Part shown: in pieces, positions 18,612 to 27,786 of the stretch | Numbering within the stretch: the first letter of the stretch is position 1 | Layout of the letters: every line of letters starts with the position of its first letter | Source of the DNA: Betaproteobacteria bacterium | GTDB taxonomy: Bacteria; Pseudomonadota; Gammaproteobacteria; Burkholderiales; SG8-41 | DNA: 64,000 bases | Direction: 5' to 3' | Assembly (NCBI GenBank): GCA_900299145.1 | Contig: OMIN01000152.1 | Location: 14,886-78,885 of the forward strand | Position numbers and translations under genes: made by a program | Notes under the pieces: model-generated | Told to the model about the DNA's origin: nothing | The model's database searches: none | Seen by the model: only the letters and a program-made list of their open reading frames with translations

Positions 18612-19748
18612 TTGTTTTTCTATGTAGATGAGTCAGGGCACACTGGGCCAAATCTTTTTGATGCAGATCAGCCTATCCTCTACTACGGTTTACTTTCCAG
18701 TCGCGTGAATTTGGATGTCGTACTTGGGAATCGTCTCCTAGCACTCCGAAGAAAACTTGCAGTTTCGCGCATACACGCGGCTGAACTAGGGCTAGGTCGG
18801 TTGGTTCAAATTGTTCCTCAACTACTCGCAGATGTTCGGCAATTCGACATCCGATTCAACGTCTATCGAGTCGTAAAGGCTGATCATGCCGTCATTTGCT
18901 TTTTCGACCAAGTCTTCGATCAAGGCGTAAATCCGGCGGTCACGTGGACTGGCTACTGGACACCTCTGCGATATGTTTTACTAATTAAGTTGGCATCTTT
19001 GTTCGATGAGGATCTCGCCAAGATTGCGTGGCAGGCTCGCATAAATCTAAAAGACGAAATCGCACTCCCGGCGATGCAGCGTGTCTGCCAGGAATTACGA
19101 AGCAGAGTTGGCAGTTTGCCCGATTCTCGGTCCAGACAAATCATCATGGAGGCCCTTACATGGGCAGAAGCGAACCCGAGCGACATCTCTTACAACGTAT
19201 CTTCCAAGAAGGAGATGCTGCAGGTCACACCAAATGTTGTCGGCTTTCAATCCGTGATGAACGGCATCGCGGAGCGCCTAAAATCGGGAAGAATCAGGGC
19301 TACGCGGATCGTTGTGGATCAACAGTCACAGTTCAATAGGGCTCAACGAACGCTCGCCGAGTATTACAAAAACATGCGCGGCATTAATGCTCCCATTGGT
19401 CCGGGACTGCCTAGAGTTGACCACAGCCACGTTCCAGAGGTGCCAATAGAGTTTGCATCAAGTGCAAATAGCTGCGGTTTAGAGGTCTCAGACGTGCATC
19501 TGTGGGTGTTCAAGCGCTTGATGGAGGGGGTAAATCTACCCCCAGAACTCCTAGCGCTGGTCGAAGCACAGCGGCAGCGAGGTCGGTGGTCCGAAATCTC
19601 CCTGCGGGCAATCGAACGTCGGTGGACAACTTGGTTTAAAGCGCTCCCTGAACTCGATGAGATGTCTACTGAGCAGGTCGAACGAGGTAGAGAGATGCTG
19701 AAGATTGACGAGATGATACGACTGCGCGCGGTAATTGACCCTCGCTGA
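18612..19748 (+). CDS. DUF3800-like protein (low-GC islet)
   Basis: N-terminal FFYVDESGHTG matches the Y(I/V)DESG signature I recall for DUF3800. The start is uncertain: TTG at 18579 in the track, TTG at 18612 preferred. Local GC is about 50-53% by hand count. Confidence 0.6.
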   Translation: MFFYVDESGHTGPNLFDADQPILYYGLLSSRVNLDVVLGNRLLALRRKLAVSRIHAAELGLGRLVQIVPQLLADVRQFDIRFNVYRVVKADHAVICFFDQVFDQGVNPAVTWTGYWTPLRYVLLIKLASLFDEDLAKIAWQARINLKDEIALPAMQRVCQELRSRVGSLPDSRSRQIIMEALTWAEANPSDISYNVSSKKEMLQVTPNVVGFQSVMNGIAERLKSGRIRATRIVVDQQSQFNRAQRTLAEYYKNMRGINAPIGPGLPRVDHSHVPEVPIEFASSANSCGLEVSDVHLWVFKRLMEGVNLPPELLALVEAQRQRGRWSEISLRAIERRWTTWFKALPELDEMSTEQVERGREMLKIDEMIRLRAVIDPR

Positions 19749-19865
19749 CAAATATTACCAGCACCAATCAACCTAAATGAATGCTTACATTATTCGTTCC
19801 TATTGAGCTTACTGCACGCCGATTTAGATTGCGGGGCCATGCCTGCGTTTAACCTCGGCAACCAC

Positions 19866-20900
19866 TCACTGCAATAGCAACCGCTTTGGAATCACCCCAT
19901 AAACCATCTTCACATGATTAACCGCCTCGCCAATGCGAAAATCCACGGCGAGGCTGGTTAACGCATAAGCATCCGCCGCGCTTAATCCTGCGTGCGCTTG
20001 CAGGAAGGCGACGCTCTCCCGTATCGCCAGACGCGCAGCTTCGTCGAGATCGGTATCCATGCCCATGACGTAGTGGTTGTCGCGATCTTCGGCGCGTGGC
20101 CAGTTCATGGCGCGGCCCGCACCGGGGTGGACGATGAATTGCAGCGTGGGGGTAAGTGATATTTCGATGGCGGTGCCGTTGATTTCACCGTCGCCCTGCA
20201 AGCCGTGGCCGTCGCCGGTGAAGAACTGCGCGCCGTCGTTGAATACCGGCAGATACAGCGTTGAGCCTCGCGTAAGCGTCTTTAAATCCATATTGCCGCC
20301 GAACGCGCCGGGTGGGCGGGTGTTCGCGGGCGCCTGTGCGGGCGGCGGGGCGACGGCCATGATGCCCATGAAGGGCGCCAGCGGCAGTTCGATGCGCGGG
20401 GAAAATTTGGCCACGCCGCGCGCGAGATCAAGACGGATGATGTTACGCGCCACTTCCGTGAGCAGTTCCGGTGCTGCGCCCATGCCGGGGCCGGAGTTGT
20501 TGACGCCGTAGTCGATGCGAAACTCTATGTCGAGGACCCGCACTTCGAGCATGTCGCCAGGGTGCGCGCCGTCGATGTAGATCGGCCCGGTAAGCACATG
20601 CCCGCCCGCGCCCGGTTCGCGTTTGACGTTGCGATAGATTTGTTTCACGTCATCCAGCACGCGGTCGGGGTCAATGCCCGCCGCGCCGAAGAATTCCACC
20701 GGATCGATGCCGGCGGTAATGCCCTGCTGCGACACGGTGTCGATGCGTACGGTCTGTCCTGAAGTGATGCGCAGCACGGGCGGCGCATTCGCGGGGATCA
20801 AGCCCCATGTCACATTGCCGGGCACGGAGCGCAGATGGGCGTCGGCCGGAATCGGGCGCGCGGGTTGCGGCGTGGTGTTTGTAAAATTTCCATCGTTCAT
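19866..20900 (-). CDS. Acetamidase/formamidase-family protein
   Basis: Start at ATG 20900 (MNDGNFTN) with GGAGG upstream. Sequence is typical of FmdA/AmdA (GPIYIDGAHPGDMLEV, FFTGDGHGLQGDGE). Confidence 0.8.
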   Translation of the reverse strand: MNDGNFTNTTPQPARPIPADAHLRSVPGNVTWGLIPANAPPVLRITSGQTVRIDTVSQQGITAGIDPVEFFGAAGIDPDRVLDDVKQIYRNVKREPGAGGHVLTGPIYIDGAHPGDMLEVRVLDIEFRIDYGVNNSGPGMGAAPELLTEVARNIIRLDLARGVAKFSPRIELPLAPFMGIMAVAPPPAQAPANTRPPGAFGGNMDLKTLTRGSTLYLPVFNDGAQFFTGDGHGLQGDGEINGTAIEISLTPTLQFIVHPGAGRAMNWPRAEDRDNHYVMGMDTDLDEAARLAIRESVAFLQAHAGLSAADAYALTSLAVDFRIGEAVNHVKMVYGVIPKRLLLQ

Positions 20901-20937
20901 GAAAAACCTCCAAAGTTCACCATGGTAGTACGTTGAC

Positions 20938-21006
20938 GTTGGGCGCGTCGCTTGTGCCCACGCGGATGGGTGGATGGTGCGCAAAAGGAACGCGCCTACC
21001 CTGCCA
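20938..21006. repeat. Second REP class, opposite orientation, double hairpin
   Basis: GTTGGGCGCGTCGCTTGTGCCCACGCGGATGGGTGGATGGTGCGCAAAAGGAACGCGCCTACCCTGCC. Confidence 0.55.
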
Positions 21007-21075
21007 AGCTGCACTTGCGCGCCGCCTATCCTACACAGCCTGCTGCTTCGTGATTGGACGAATGTCGATATATTG

Positions 21076-21105
21076 TAAGTATCTGTTTTAATTGAATTAT
21101 TTTTA
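21076..21105 (+). repeat. AT-rich element, copy 7
   Basis: TAAGTATCTGTTTTAATTGAATTATTTTTA, in a divergent intergenic region. Confidence 0.8.
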
Positions 21106-21191
21106 AACGAATTCCAGCGCTCCAAACACCCGGCACGCACTAAAATGCCACTAGCGAAACTATTGAATATCGAATCACAAGGGAGAACATC

Positions 21192-22235
21192 ATGACCTTA
21201 AAACTGGGCCTAACCATCGGCGGTGCTGACGGCCCCGCTTTGATCAAGCTGGTGCAGGAAGCGGAGCGGCTGGGTTTTGATTCCACGTGGTGCGGCGAAT
21301 CATACGGTGTGGATGCGGTGACGCGGCTGGCGTGGCTGGGCGGGCAAACGTCGCGCATCAAGCTCGGTTCGTCGATTTTGCAAGTGCCCGCGCGCACGCC
21401 CGCGCTGACGGCAATGAGCGCGATCACGCTGGATGCGCTGACCGGCGGGCGTTTCATACTCGGTTTGGGGCCCTCCGGCCCGCAGGTGGTCGAGGGCTGG
21501 TATGGCGTGCCTTACGGCAAACCGCTGACAAGGCTGCGTGAATACGTGGCCATCGTGCGCAAGGTGCTGGCGCGCGAAGCGCCGCTGACGTTCGAGGGCG
21601 AGCACTATCAGATTCCCTACAAAGGACCGGGTGCGACGGGGCTCGCCAAGCCGTTAAAGTGCATCCAGCATGGCCGGCGCGATATGAAAATTTACACGGC
21701 GGCCATCAGCCCCGCGGGTCTGGCGTGTGCGGGCGAAGTGGGCGACGGCGTGTTGCCGCTCTTTCTGGATCCGGAGCGCGATGACCTGATCGAGCCGCAC
21801 GTGAAAAAGGGCATGCTGCGCGCGGGCAAGCCGGCGGATTTCTCGGCGTTTGATATCGCGCCCTTCGTGCCGGTGCACGTGGGCGACGATCTCGCCGCAT
21901 GCCGCCAGCCGGTGAAAGAGTGGCTCGCGTTGTACATCGGTGGCATGGGCGCGCGCGGCAAAAACTTTTACAACGACTACGCGTCGCGCATGGGTTATGC
22001 CGCCGACGCTGCGAACATTCAGGATTTGTATCTCGCCGGCAAAAAAGCCGAGGCCGCCGCTGCCGTGCCGGACAAGCTGGTCGACACCGTGGCGCTGGTC
22101 GGCCCGCCTGCGCGCATCCGCGAGCGGTTGCAGGTATGGAAGGCCGCCGGTGCGCGCGGCAGTGTCGGTACGCTGATTTTGATGAAGGCGAACAGCGCGG
22201 GGCTGCGGGTGGTGGCGGAGGGTGTGCTGGGGTAG
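21192..22235 (+). CDS. LLM-class (luciferase-like) F420/flavin-dependent oxidoreductase
   Basis: LGFDSTWCGESYGVDAV and GRFILGLGPSGPQVVEGWYG. Confidence 0.85.
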   Translation: MTLKLGLTIGGADGPALIKLVQEAERLGFDSTWCGESYGVDAVTRLAWLGGQTSRIKLGSSILQVPARTPALTAMSAITLDALTGGRFILGLGPSGPQVVEGWYGVPYGKPLTRLREYVAIVRKVLAREAPLTFEGEHYQIPYKGPGATGLAKPLKCIQHGRRDMKIYTAAISPAGLACAGEVGDGVLPLFLDPERDDLIEPHVKKGMLRAGKPADFSAFDIAPFVPVHVGDDLAACRQPVKEWLALYIGGMGARGKNFYNDYASRMGYAADAANIQDLYLAGKKAEAAAAVPDKLVDTVALVGPPARIRERLQVWKAAGARGSVGTLILMKANSAGLRVVAEGVLG

Positions 22236-22357
22236 CGCCAGTCTTGCATTCGGCGGCTGATATGCCGGTGCATTGCGCCCTGCCGGTCTATTGGTTAGCA
22301 TCGCCCCTGCCGCTATTTCACTCTTCCGATTCTCTCAATCCAACAACGGGGTTTTCC

Positions 22358-23422
22358 ATGGCTTACAAAATTCTCATCCTCGGCGCGTCGTACGGTTCGC
22401 TGCTCGGCGCCAAGCTCGCGTTGGCGGGGCACAACGTCGATCTGGTGTGTCTGCCCGCTGAATCGGAACTGATGAACAGCGAAGGCGCCATCGTGCGTAT
22501 GCCGGTGCGCGGCCGCGAAGGGCTGGTCGAGATCAATTCCAAAAAGCTGCCGGGCAAACTGGCTGCCGGTGGCACCAGTGCATTTGATCCGAAAAATTAC
22601 GATCTGGTGGCGCTGGCGATGCAGGAGCCGCAGTACCGTTCACCCGGCGTGCGCGAACTGCTGGATGCCGTGGCCAAATCGCGCAAGCCGTGCATGTCGA
22701 TCATGAACATGCCGCCACTGGCATATCTGAAACGCATTCCGTCGATCGACGCCGACGCGATCCGCGACAGCTAGACCGACGCCAGCGTTTGGGACAGCTT
22801 TGACCCCGCGACCATCACGCTGTGCAGCCCCGACCCGCAGGCATTTCGTCCGCCGGAGGAGAAGGTCAACGTGCTGCAGGTGCGGCTGGCGACCAATTTC
22901 AAGTCGGCGCGCTTCGATTCCGAGGCGCACACGCAGATACTGCGCAATCTGGAAAAAGACATCGATGCCTCGCGCTTCGAAGTCAACGGCGAAAAAATCG
23001 AACTGCCGGTAAAGCTGAAAACACACGAGTCGGTGTTCGTGCCACTGGCGAAGTGGGCCATGTTGTGCTCCGGCAACTACCGCTGCGTGCAAAAAGACGC
23101 GATGCGCCCGATCAAGCAGGCCGTGCACAGCGATCTCGACGCCTCGCGCGCGGTTTACGACTGGGTGGTGAAGCTGTGCGTGTCGCTGGGCGCCAATCCG
23201 CGGGACATGGTGCCGTTCGACAAATATGCCAACGCCGCGCTGTCGTTGTTGACGCCGTCGTCCGCCGCGCGCGCGCTGGCCAACGGCGCACCGAACATCG
23301 AGCGTGTCGACCGTCTGGTGCAGACGATTGCGCGCTCCAAGGGCATGCAGCTGGATGAGCTGGACAAAACCGTGACGCTGGTGGACGGGTGGCTGGCGAA
23401 GAACCGGGCGAAGGCGGCATAA
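22358..23422 (+). pseudogene. Ketopantoate-reductase-like NAD(P)-binding protein gene interrupted by an in-frame TAG (22772-22774)
   Basis: MAYKILILGASYGSLLGAKLA Rossmann start. ORF 22358..22774 and ORF 22871..23422 share a frame, and the 32 codons between them look coding (TDASVWDSFDPATITLCSPDPQAFRPPEEKVN). Confidence 0.6.
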
Positions 23423-23440
23423 CAGTCGCTACTGCAGTGA

Positions 23441-23474
23441 AACAAAGAGGCCCGGAATGTTCCGGGCCTTTTTC
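23441..23474. terminator. Bidirectional intrinsic terminator between convergent genes
   Basis: AGGCCCGGAA-tg-TTCCGGGCCT stem (23448-23469), preceded by an A-rich run and followed by TTTTT. Confidence 0.7.
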
Positions 23475-23498
23475 ATTGGCTTCGCCACGCTGCAGTCC

Positions 23499-24500
23499 TC
23501 AGATTTTCTCCTTCAACCCCGCGGCGTTGATGACTTTTGTCCACTTGGCGTGGCCCGACGCGATCAGCGCACCGAATTCCTCCGGCGTGTTGTGCGTCGG
23601 CTCCGCACCGTCGGCGATCATGTGCTCGCGCACATCGCGCATTTGCAGCACCTTGATAATTGCCGTGTTGAGCTTGTCGACGATGGGGCGCGGCGTTTTG
23701 GCGGGCGCGACAATGCCGTTCCAGCTATTCGCCTCATAGCCCGGATACCCCTGTTCGGCGACGGTGGGCACATCGGGCAGGGCACGGGCGCGTTTGTCGC
23801 CGGCCACCGCCAGTGCACGCAGCCGGCCGCCGCGCACGTGGGGCACGGTAGCGATGGCGCCGCTGAACGCCACCTGCACTTCGCCGCTCAGAAGGCCGAT
23901 GATGGCGGGGCCGGTGCCTTTGTAAGACACGCGTGTGAGTGTCATGCCCGTCATCATTTTGAGCAACTCCATCGGCAGCGCCGTGGCGTTGGAGCTGGTG
24001 CCGTAATTGAATTCACCGGGCTTGGCTTTCACCAGCGCGACCAGATCCTTGAGTCCCTTCGCGGGCAGCGACGGGTGCACCACCAGCGCGCTCGCCGATG
24101 CTGTGGTCTGTGTGATGTACGAAAAATCCCGCAATGGGTCATACGGCGTTTTGCGCAGAATCGGCGTCATGCAGAACGTGCCAAGATTGGCGACCAGCAG
24201 CGTGTACCCGTCTGGCGCGGATTTGGCGGCGATTTCGGTGCCGATGGCGCCGTCTGCGCCACCGCGATTGTCGACTACAAACGAGCGGCCCATCATGTCG
24301 GAAAGACGCGAGGCGATGATACGCCCCACGGCATCGGTGCCGCCGCCGGCGGAGAACGGCGAGATAAAGCGCACGGGCTTGTTGGGGTAATCGTCGGCGG
24401 CCTGCGGCAAGCTAGCGGCCAATGCCAGCAACGTGGCAACCATGAACCGAGCGGCAGATTGCGGTAGCAGGGCTATTTCAGACATCGTACGGGTGGACAT
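23499..24500 (-). CDS. Bug/TctC-family substrate-binding protein
   Basis: Start at ATG 24500 (MSTRTMSEI) with GAGGAAG upstream, then YPNKPVRFISPFSAGGGTD and SYKG. Confidence 0.9.
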   Translation of the reverse strand: MSTRTMSEIALLPQSAARFMVATLLALAASLPQAADDYPNKPVRFISPFSAGGGTDAVGRIIASRLSDMMGRSFVVDNRGGADGAIGTEIAAKSAPDGYTLLVANLGTFCMTPILRKTPYDPLRDFSYITQTTASASALVVHPSLPAKGLKDLVALVKAKPGEFNYGTSSNATALPMELLKMMTGMTLTRVSYKGTGPAIIGLLSGEVQVAFSGAIATVPHVRGGRLRALAVAGDKRARALPDVPTVAEQGYPGYEANSWNGIVAPAKTPRPIVDKLNTAIIKVLQMRDVREHMIADGAEPTHNTPEEFGALIASGHAKWTKVINAAGLKEKI

Positions 24501-24718
24501 TGCAGCTTCCTCATTGTGTGCGGCTGCTGTGGCCGCAGCGTTGTGGTAGTTGATTTTCTGTGGTGTCCTGAAGCTGATATTCGTTGCACATCGGTAAGGA
24601 AGAAAATGCACTCTCCGAATGCTATTGCCTATGTAACGAGACGCGGCAAAGCATCGGCAACGGGCAATGCATTCCGATTCGAACTTCAGACTCAGGATGT
24701 CAAATAGAGTGGGTATGG

Positions 24719-24748
24719 TAACTATTTGTTTTTATTAAATATTTTTTC
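24719..24748 (+). repeat. AT-rich element, copy 8
   Basis: TAACTATTTGTTTTTATTAAATATTTTTTC. Confidence 0.8.
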
Positions 24749-24771
24749 TTATGCGGCGGCGCAACAAACCG

Positions 24772-25887
24772 CTAAGCGCCTTGCAGCACCCGCAGATAGT
24801 GCCGGTCAAAAGCCGCAAGCTGGCTTTCCAGTTCGCTGTACGGCCCGGGTTCCCACGCAGCCGAGCGCATGCCGGCCTGTGCGCCCTCGCACAGCAACCA
24901 GTCCTGCCGGTTGGTGTTATCCCAGAACTCGACCGCGGGTTTCGCGCTGAAGCCCGAGGCGGCCATGGCGTCGCGGTGAAAATACCAGTCGCAGGTGACG
25001 CGCGTGCGGCCGATGTCGAGCGGCTCGATGCGGTGTACCAGCACGTAGTCGGGATGCAGTGAGATAAAACCCGAGGGAAACAGCGTGTAGTAATACACGC
25101 GGCCACGGTCGGCTTCGTTCAGCGCCGCAAATGGCGGCGCGCATCGTTCGCCGTGCGTGGTCATGCTGCCCTGCGGGTTCGACAGCGTCATTGGGCCGCC
25201 GAGTACGGCGCCCTCCTCCAGATCGTTTTCGCTATTGCGAAACGGCGTGAGACTGTTCAACTGCGGATGCGCGCCGGGGCAGTGGTAGCACTCGCTGTAG
25301 TTGTGGAAAAACAGTTTCCAGTTGGCGTCGATGTTGTAGGCAGTTTGATGCGCGGAACGCAATTCCGCCAGCGGCCAGCGCTCGAACTTACCCTCGCGGG
25401 CATCAAGCTGCGGCAGCGCATCGGCAAACGGCACGGGGTTCTCTGCGAGGTTGACGAATACAAAGCCGTGCCACTGCGCCAGTGCCGCACGTTTGAGATT
25501 CCAGCGCGAAGCATCGAAGCCCGTGACCTCGCGCATGTGCGGCGCCGCGGCCAATGTGCCGTCAAACGTGTAAAGCCACGAATGGTAGGGACAGCGAATG
25601 GCGCCCCCGCCGAACGTGCCCCGGCGGTCCTCACACAGCCGCGTGCCGCGGTGGCGGCAGATATTGTGATGCGCGTAAAGGTGGCCTTCCGCGCCGCGCA
25701 CCACGATCACGCCGCTGCCGGCGACCTCAAGCGTGAGGTAATCCCCCTCGTAGCGCAACGCCGACACATGGCCCGCAAGCAGCCAGTGGCTCTGGAATAT
25801 GCGGGTTTGTTCCTCGCGCCAGACGTCGGGGCTGGTGAAATACTCGCCGGGCAGCGTGCGCTGCCCGTGAGCGGTGCGGGGCTTCAC
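24772..25887 (-). CDS. Rieske (2Fe-2S) aromatic-ring-hydroxylating oxygenase alpha subunit
   Basis: Rieske ligands CRHRG...CPYHSW, plus a C-terminal catalytic domain containing YHCPGAHP. Confidence 0.85.
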   Translation of the reverse strand: MKPRTAHGQRTLPGEYFTSPDVWREEQTRIFQSHWLLAGHVSALRYEGDYLTLEVAGSGVIVVRGAEGHLYAHHNICRHRGTRLCEDRRGTFGGGAIRCPYHSWLYTFDGTLAAAPHMREVTGFDASRWNLKRAALAQWHGFVFVNLAENPVPFADALPQLDAREGKFERWPLAELRSAHQTAYNIDANWKLFFHNYSECYHCPGAHPQLNSLTPFRNSENDLEEGAVLGGPMTLSNPQGSMTTHGERCAPPFAALNEADRGRVYYYTLFPSGFISLHPDYVLVHRIEPLDIGRTRVTCDWYFHRDAMAASGFSAKPAVEFWDNTNRQDWLLCEGAQAGMRSAAWEPGPYSELESQLAAFDRHYLRVLQGA

Positions 25888-25905
25888 CTTCGAGTACTTG
25901 TTGGG

Positions 25906-26493
25906 CTAATTGTTGATGCCCAATTCCTTGCGCAGATCGGCCACCGCCTGATCCTTGGTCTTGCCCAGGCGTGGCGCGCGCTGGCCAATCGGCAGGTTTT
26001 CGATTTCCGGCACGATTTTCATCGCCACGAACACCGGCCCCGGCTCTTCCATGATGCGCTTCACGTTCACCTGGAATGATTCAAGATTGGTGTAGGCATA
26101 GCTCGACGAATAGCCGCAGCCCTTGGCAATGACGTCATAGGCGATCTTGCTGGCATTAGGCACGGGCTGGCCGCCGGTGGTGGCGTAGCACTCGTTATCC
26201 AGCACGAAGTGCACAAAGTTTTTCGGCGCCTGCTCGGCCACCATCGACAGCGAGCTCAAACTCATTTGCAGATCGCCTTCGGAGTCGAACAGCACGACCT
26301 TGTTCTTCGGCCGCGCCAGCGCCAGCCCCAGCGCGAACGACGCGTGGCCGCCCATCGCCGGATCACCGAGCGAGAGATCACGGTTTTTGTTGGTGCTGAT
26401 TTTGTCCCAGTGACGGTTTGCGCGGCCCGAGATAACAATGGCGTCGCCGCGATGCGGGGCAAACACCTTCAGGATTTCTTCCATTTTCATCAT
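25906..26493 (-). CDS. TPP-dependent decarboxylase beta subunit (sulfopyruvate/phosphonopyruvate decarboxylase-like)
   Basis: TPP-binding C-terminal-domain pattern (GDPAMGGHASFALGLALA, DSEGDLQMSL, LDNECYATTGGQ). Confidence 0.7.
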   Translation of the reverse strand: MMKMEEILKVFAPHRGDAIVISGRANRHWDKISTNKNRDLSLGDPAMGGHASFALGLALARPKNKVVLFDSEGDLQMSLSSLSMVAEQAPKNFVHFVLDNECYATTGGQPVPNASKIAYDVIAKGCGYSSSYAYTNLESFQVNVKRIMEEPGPVFVAMKIVPEIENLPIGQRAPRLGKTKDQAVADLRKELGINN

Positions 26494-26523
26494 GATGATT
26501 TTTCCTTCGCGAATTGGGCGATA

Positions 26524-27036
26524 TTAACGATTAAAGCCGTGATATTCGTCGCCGACCAGTATGCAGACCGGACGCTGGAATTTTTTCGCTTCCTCGAACG
26601 CAACCGAAATGCGTGGCGCGTCTTCACTGTTTTCCACCAGGTAATACTGGATATGGAATGCGTTGAGGAACGGCTCGGTGTAAGTGGCTGCGGTGTCCTT
26701 GTTCACGCCATGACGCGTGTAACCGCGGTAGCCCACGATCAGCACCACCGGAATGTTCATGCCCATGGTCCAGCCGCGCATGGAATCGCCCGATTCCATG
26801 AGGCCGGTGTTCTGGATCAGAATCACCGGCTTGGCGCCACCGATGTGCAGGCCCGCCGCGCACGAAAACGCCAGCCCCTCACGCGGTACCGGCACCAGCG
26901 TGATCGTCGGGTCGGCCTTCATCAGCGTATAGAGCCAGTTGGTTTCGGAATCCGGCAGCCACACCACGTGGGTGATGCCGTGTTTTTTCATTTCAGCCAG
27001 AACGATTTCCGGACTGAGACTGCCTTCGGTGGTCAT
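26524..27036 (-). CDS. TPP-dependent decarboxylase alpha subunit (ComD-like)
   Basis: TPP pyrimidine-binding N-terminal-domain pattern (VPVPREGLAFSCAAGLHIGG, IQNTGLMESGDS). Sits directly upstream of the beta subunit gene. Confidence 0.7.
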   Translation of the reverse strand: MTTEGSLSPEIVLAEMKKHGITHVVWLPDSETNWLYTLMKADPTITLVPVPREGLAFSCAAGLHIGGAKPVILIQNTGLMESGDSMRGWTMGMNIPVVLIVGYRGYTRHGVNKDTAATYTEPFLNAFHIQYYLVENSEDAPRISVAFEEAKKFQRPVCILVGDEYHGFNR

Positions 27037-27168
27037 GAGCTTTCTCCCTGGGGTTGCGTCGGGTTATGTTGACTATGATGACTGGTTGACGAATGCTGGA
27101 ACTCGATTGATGCAACTTGCCGATTTTAACCACAATCTGGCGTTGTTGATCCGTAATGGCGAATTGTT

Positions 27169-27197
27169 ATAACTATCTGTTTTTATAGGGAATTTTA
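27169..27197 (+). repeat. AT-rich element, copy 9
   Basis: TAACTATCTGTTTTTATAGGGAATTTTAA. Its 3' end includes the stop codon of the DinB-family gene (minus strand). Confidence 0.7.
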
Positions 27198-27707
27198 ATA
27201 GCTCTGCGGCGCCTCGCGCAGAAACACCGGTAAATCGGTCACCGGCGCGCGATGCCCCTTCACATTGAACATCATGTCGCCGGCAAAGCCGCGGTGATAC
27301 GCCGTGTGGTGGTATAGATGCAGCAGCATTTCGCCTTGCGACATCACCACGCGGTTGCCGCCGATCAACACCACCGGCCGCCGGTCGGCCAGCGTTTCGT
27401 CGGTTTGCTTGCTACTCCACTGCTCATACCACTGGTCTATAGCCTGCTGGTTGGCCCACCACTCGGCGAGCGTGGGCGATTCGGCGGAATTGCGCGCCGT
27501 CATCTGGTGATCGCGGCCTTCCAGATGCGCCTGCCAGATGAGATCGATGACGTAAATATGATTCATCGTGTGCACGATGTTCTTGAAGAGACTCGTGCGC
27601 GGCTTCATCGCCTCGCCCTCGGGCAGCGCGGCAATGGCGTCGTACCAAACCTTGTTCGACCACGTGTTGTAGCGCGTCAGCATGCGCGCGGTTTGTGTGT
27701 TAATCAT
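27195..27707 (-). CDS. DinB-family protein
   Basis: TRYNTWSNKVWYDAIAALPE and a HLYHHTAYHRG-type His triad pattern. Confidence 0.75.
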   Translation of the reverse strand: MINTQTARMLTRYNTWSNKVWYDAIAALPEGEAMKPRTSLFKNIVHTMNHIYVIDLIWQAHLEGRDHQMTARNSAESPTLAEWWANQQAIDQWYEQWSSKQTDETLADRRPVVLIGGNRVVMSQGEMLLHLYHHTAYHRGFAGDMMFNVKGHRAPVTDLPVFLREAPQSY

Positions 27708-27735
27708 GGCGGGGCTCCTTGAGAGCCGTCAGTTT

Positions 27736-27783
27736 AACGAACTTTTCAGCGAATTTTTCAACGAACTTAGGGTGAATTTTCGC
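27736..27783. repeat. Four imperfect 12-bp tandem units
   Basis: AACGAACTTTTC / AGCGAATTTTTC / AACGAACTTAGG / GTGAATTTTCGC, lying just upstream of the DinB-family gene start. Confidence 0.6.
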
Positions 27784-27786
27784 TGG

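Noticed and set aside
21899-22357. Long N-terminal extension of ORF 21899..22774 that overlaps the LLM oxidoreductase gene.
   Set aside because: The extension is Arg/Gly-rich shadow sequence in another frame of a confident gene. The Rossmann motif begins right at ATG 22358.
22772-22774. In-frame TAG read as pyrrolysine.
   Set aside because: Pyl decoding is restricted to a few methanogen, Firmicute and deltaproteobacterial lineages and to methylamine methyltransferase contexts. Nothing here suggests pylTSBCD. A nonsense mutation or sequencing error is far more likely.
26494-26523. Same-frame arrangement of the two TPP decarboxylase ORFs as a second read-through candidate.
   Set aside because: The stop is TAA, a clear GAAGGA ribosome-binding site precedes the downstream ATG, and the two-subunit architecture is the known state for this family.
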